Positions 61,366 to 64,000 of a stretch of DNA of 64,000 nucleotides are shown here, piece after piece. The notes beneath the pieces were generated by a model. The model had not been told where the DNA came from and did not search any database. It worked only from the letters and a program-made list of their open reading frames with translations. The stretch covers positions 204,782 to 268,781 of the forward strand of contig JACKNK010000006.1 in assembly GCA_024234955.1 (NCBI GenBank), written 5' to 3'. The DNA is from Gammaproteobacteria bacterium (GTDB lineage Bacteria; Pseudomonadota; Gammaproteobacteria; JACKNK01). A program made the position numbers and the translations under genes. Each line of letters opens with the position of its first letter. Within the stretch, counting starts at the first letter, position 1.

Positions 61366-62907
61366 CTACCAGCTGTGGTTCTTCTTGAAGTTATCCAACG
61401 CGGCTTTGAGCTTGTTGTTTACGTCGTCGCTCGCGCTCGGTTCGGCGTTGATGCCGTCGAGGAGATCCTTATGCTCGCTGTTCATATACGAAAGCAAGGC
61501 GGACTCGAAGTCGACAACCTTGTTCTTCTCAACGTCATCGAGGTAGCCATTGTTGGCGGCATACAGAGAGGTCGCCATTTCCGCCACGGAAAGCGGCGAG
61601 TACTGCGCCTGCTTCATCAGCTCGGTGACGCGCTGACCGCGCTCCAGCTGCTTGCGGGTTGCATCGTCGAGATCGGAGGCGAACTGAGCGAATGCCGCCA
61701 ACTCGCGATACTGCGCCAGCGCGAGACGCACACCACCGCCGAATTTCTTCATGATATTGGTCTGCGCGGCGCCGCCGACGCGCGACACCGACAGGCCCGC
61801 GTTGATAGCCGGGCGGATGTTGGCGTTGAACAGATCGGTCTCAAGGAAGATCTGACCATCGGTGATGGAAATAACGTTGGTCGGAACGAACGCGGAGACG
61901 TCACCCGCCTGGGTCTCGATGACCGGCAGTGCCGTCAATGAACCCGTCTTGCCTTTTACCTTGCCGTTGGTCATGCGTTCGACGTAGTCCGCGTTGACGC
62001 GGGACGAACGTTCCAGCAAACGGGAATGGAGATAGAACACGTCGCCCGGATAGGCTTCACGACCCGGAGGACGGCGCAGCAGCAGGGAAACCTGACGGTA
62101 GGCCCAGGCCTGCTTGGTGAGATCGTCATAGATGATCAGGGCGTCTTCACCCTTGTCGCGGAAGTACTCACCCATCGCACAACCCGCGTACGGGGCGATG
62201 TACTGCATCGCTGCGGAATCGGATGCACCGGCGGCGACCACGATGGTGTGCTCCATGGCGCCGTGCTCCTGGAGCTTGCGCACCACACCGGCGATCGACG
62301 AAGACTTCTGTCCGATCGCGACGTAAATGCACTTAATACCGGTGCCTTTCTGGTTGATGATCGCGTCGATCGCGATCGCGGTCTTACCGGTCTGGCGGTC
62401 GCCAATGATCAACTCGCGCTGGCCGCGACCGATCGGCACCATGGCGTCGATGGCCTTCAAACCCGTCTGCACAGGCTCATCGACCGACTTGCGATCAATG
62501 ACGCCCGGGGCGATCTTTTCGATCGGTGACGATTCCGTCGCGTTCAGATCGCCCTTGCCGTCAATCGGGTTACCAAGGGAGTCAACGACACGACCGAGTA
62601 GGGCGTCGCCAACTGGGACTTCAAGGATGCGCCCGGTACATTTGACCGTATCGCCTTCGGTGATTCCTTCGTAATCGCCAAGAATAACGGCACCAACCGA
62701 GTCACGCTCCAGGTTGAGCGCCATGCCGTAGACACCACCCGGGAACTCGATCATCTCACTGGCCATGACATCGCTTAGGCCATGGACGCGTGCGATACCG
62801 TCGGTGAGGCTGACGACCGTGCCCTCGGTACGGGCTTCAGCGCCCATATCAAAGTTTTCGATCTTTTTCTTGATGAGATCACTGATCTCTGCGGGACTGA
62901 GTTGCAT
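61366..62907 (-). CDS. atpA: ATP synthase F1 alpha subunit
   Basis: GDRQTGKT P-loop. 513 aa. Confidence 0.97.
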   Translation of the reverse strand: MQLSPAEISDLIKKKIENFDMGAEARTEGTVVSLTDGIARVHGLSDVMASEMIEFPGGVYGMALNLERDSVGAVILGDYEGITEGDTVKCTGRILEVPVGDALLGRVVDSLGNPIDGKGDLNATESSPIEKIAPGVIDRKSVDEPVQTGLKAIDAMVPIGRGQRELIIGDRQTGKTAIAIDAIINQKGTGIKCIYVAIGQKSSSIAGVVRKLQEHGAMEHTIVVAAGASDSAAMQYIAPYAGCAMGEYFRDKGEDALIIYDDLTKQAWAYRQVSLLLRRPPGREAYPGDVFYLHSRLLERSSRVNADYVERMTNGKVKGKTGSLTALPVIETQAGDVSAFVPTNVISITDGQIFLETDLFNANIRPAINAGLSVSRVGGAAQTNIMKKFGGGVRLALAQYRELAAFAQFASDLDDATRKQLERGQRVTELMKQAQYSPLSVAEMATSLYAANNGYLDDVEKNKVVDFESALLSYMNSEHKDLLDGINAEPSASDDVNNKLKAALDNFKKNHSW

Positions 62908-62969
62908 GGTCTAACCCCTTGAACCTTCTCGAATTCGGCGCCGTCGGGCTGTATTTCTGGGGATGGGCA

Positions 62970-63506
62970 TCAGCCCATCAGTTCCTGCGTCAGCGCCTGT
63001 AGGCGGCCACGCGCGGAAATGTCTATTACGTGGTCGCCAGCCTTGATGATGACACCGGCCAGCAAATCGCGATCAATCTGGGAATGGACAATCACGTCAC
63101 GCTTGAAACGCTCGCGCATCGCATCCTCGATGACCTTCTGATGTTTCGCGTTGAGCTTGTAGGCGGAGATGACTTCAACCTCGACGCGATCTTCGGCTTC
63201 CGCCTTAAGGCGGTCGAACTGCGCAGCCACCTCCGGCAACGCCGAAAGGCGGCGATACTGAGCCATCGCACGGACCAGATTGCCCGCCGTGTCGGTGAGG
63301 CGACCACCGGCCACATCGATGACCAGCGCCATCCGCTGATCTTCGGTGACCTTCGGGTTGCCGAGTACCGCCTGCATGTCTGCATCACGAATCACGTCAG
63401 CAAGGAAGTGCAGCATCTCGGACCAAAGGTCGAGCTTGCCTTCTTCACTTGCCTGCGCGAATGCCGCTGCAGCGTAGGGGCGGGCGACGGTGTTCAAATC
63501 ATCCAT
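62970..63506 (-). CDS. atpH: ATP synthase F1 delta subunit
   Basis: 178 aa. Operon position. Confidence 0.9.
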   Translation of the reverse strand: MDDLNTVARPYAAAAFAQASEEGKLDLWSEMLHFLADVIRDADMQAVLGNPKVTEDQRMALVIDVAGGRLTDTAGNLVRAMAQYRRLSALPEVAAQFDRLKAEAEDRVEVEVISAYKLNAKHQKVIEDAMRERFKRDVIVHSQIDRDLLAGVIIKAGDHVIDISARGRLQALTQELMG

Positions 63507-63515
63507 TGCGCGGCC

Positions 63516-63986
63516 TTAGAGCTGGGCGCTCATCTTGGTCAGGTAGTCGTTGTGTTCGGTCGCGTTAATCTCACGCCCCAACACCTTTTCAGCACCAGCC
63601 AGCGCAAGCGAAACCACCTGAGCACGCAATTCTTCTCGTGCCTGGTTGCGCTCCTTATCGATCTCGGCGCGGGCCGCAACGACGATACGCTCACCTTCAG
63701 TGCGGGCATCGCCTTTGGACTCTTCCACGATCTCGTTGGCGCGCTTGTTGGCATTGGCAATGATTTCGGCGGCTTCGCGCTTGGCCTCCACCAACAGATC
63801 CTTGGCGCGTTTTTCCGCCAATTCCTGTTCGTGCTTACCCCGATCAGCGGCAGCCAGACCGTCGGCGATCTTGGCCTTGCGCTCTTCCAATGCCTGCATG
63901 ATCGGCGGCCACACGAATTTCATGCAGAACCACACGAACAAGAAGAACGAAATCGTCTGGCCAAACAAGGTCAGATTGATGTTCAT
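63516..63986 (-). CDS. atpF: ATP synthase F0 subunit b
   Basis: 156 aa. N-terminal TM helix plus charged coiled coil. Confidence 0.9.
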   Translation of the reverse strand: MNINLTLFGQTISFFLFVWFCMKFVWPPIMQALEERKAKIADGLAAADRGKHEQELAEKRAKDLLVEAKREAAEIIANANKRANEIVEESKGDARTEGERIVVAARAEIDKERNQAREELRAQVVSLALAGAEKVLGREINATEHNDYLTKMSAQL

Positions 63987-64000
63987 ACCGGAACCTCGGT

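Overview
This 64 kb window is GC-rich (about 65%) chromosomal DNA with gammaproteobacterial synteny. The recognisable backbone includes pilMNOPQ-aroK divergent from mrcA, glmUS followed by the atpFHAGDC operon, polA, ispB and moeA-moaC-moaD. CRISPR arrays, rRNA genes, integrases and prophage genes were looked for and not found. The mobile or repetitive content is a cluster of six roughly 37-bp REP palindromes flanking a REP-associated tyrosine transposase gene (1.06-2.0 kb). This cluster sits immediately downstream of a truncated DNA methyltransferase / type IIG restriction-modification gene that runs off the window start.

Housekeeping calls:
- moeA, moaC, moaD
- a membrane-anchored dihaem cytochrome c
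- ttcA, ispB, tRNA-Pro(CGG), cpdA, rsmE
- polA, aroK, pilQ/P/O/N/M, mrcA
- gltA, a malic enzyme, glmS, glmU
- atpC, atpD, atpG, atpA, atpH, atpF

Three regions are less ordinary:
- 4.1-9.8 kb: a tightly overlapping five-gene minus-strand operon. It encodes a flippase-like UPF0104 protein, a UDP-galactopyranose-mutase-like flavoenzyme, a soluble GT2, a PEP-CTERM-locus-type polysaccharide deacetylase, and a 13-TM GT-C-like protein. I read this as a lipid-linked-sugar periplasmic glycosylation module.
- 24.5-27.05 kb: a 65-aa acidic protein translationally coupled to a 766-aa SbcC/SMC-like ABC ATPase. The ATPase coiled coil is interrupted by a two-helix transmembrane hairpin.
- 28.3-37.2 kb: a divergent pair of operons that look like a self-contained cyclic-nucleotide signalling neighbourhood.
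  - One operon encodes an autoinducer-synthase-like N-acyl amino acid synthase fused to a cNMP-binding domain, a SAM methyltransferase, and a stand-alone cNMP-binding protein.
  - The other encodes a Slam/DUF560-like outer-membrane protein, a CHASE2-sensor class III nucleotidyl cyclase, and an 896-aa FecR-domain surface protein with two tandem TbpB-C-lobe-like repeats.

Two secreted proteins carry PEP-CTERM-type sorting tails, but no exosortase gene is in the window. All functional calls rest on motif recognition by eye; no database search was possible.
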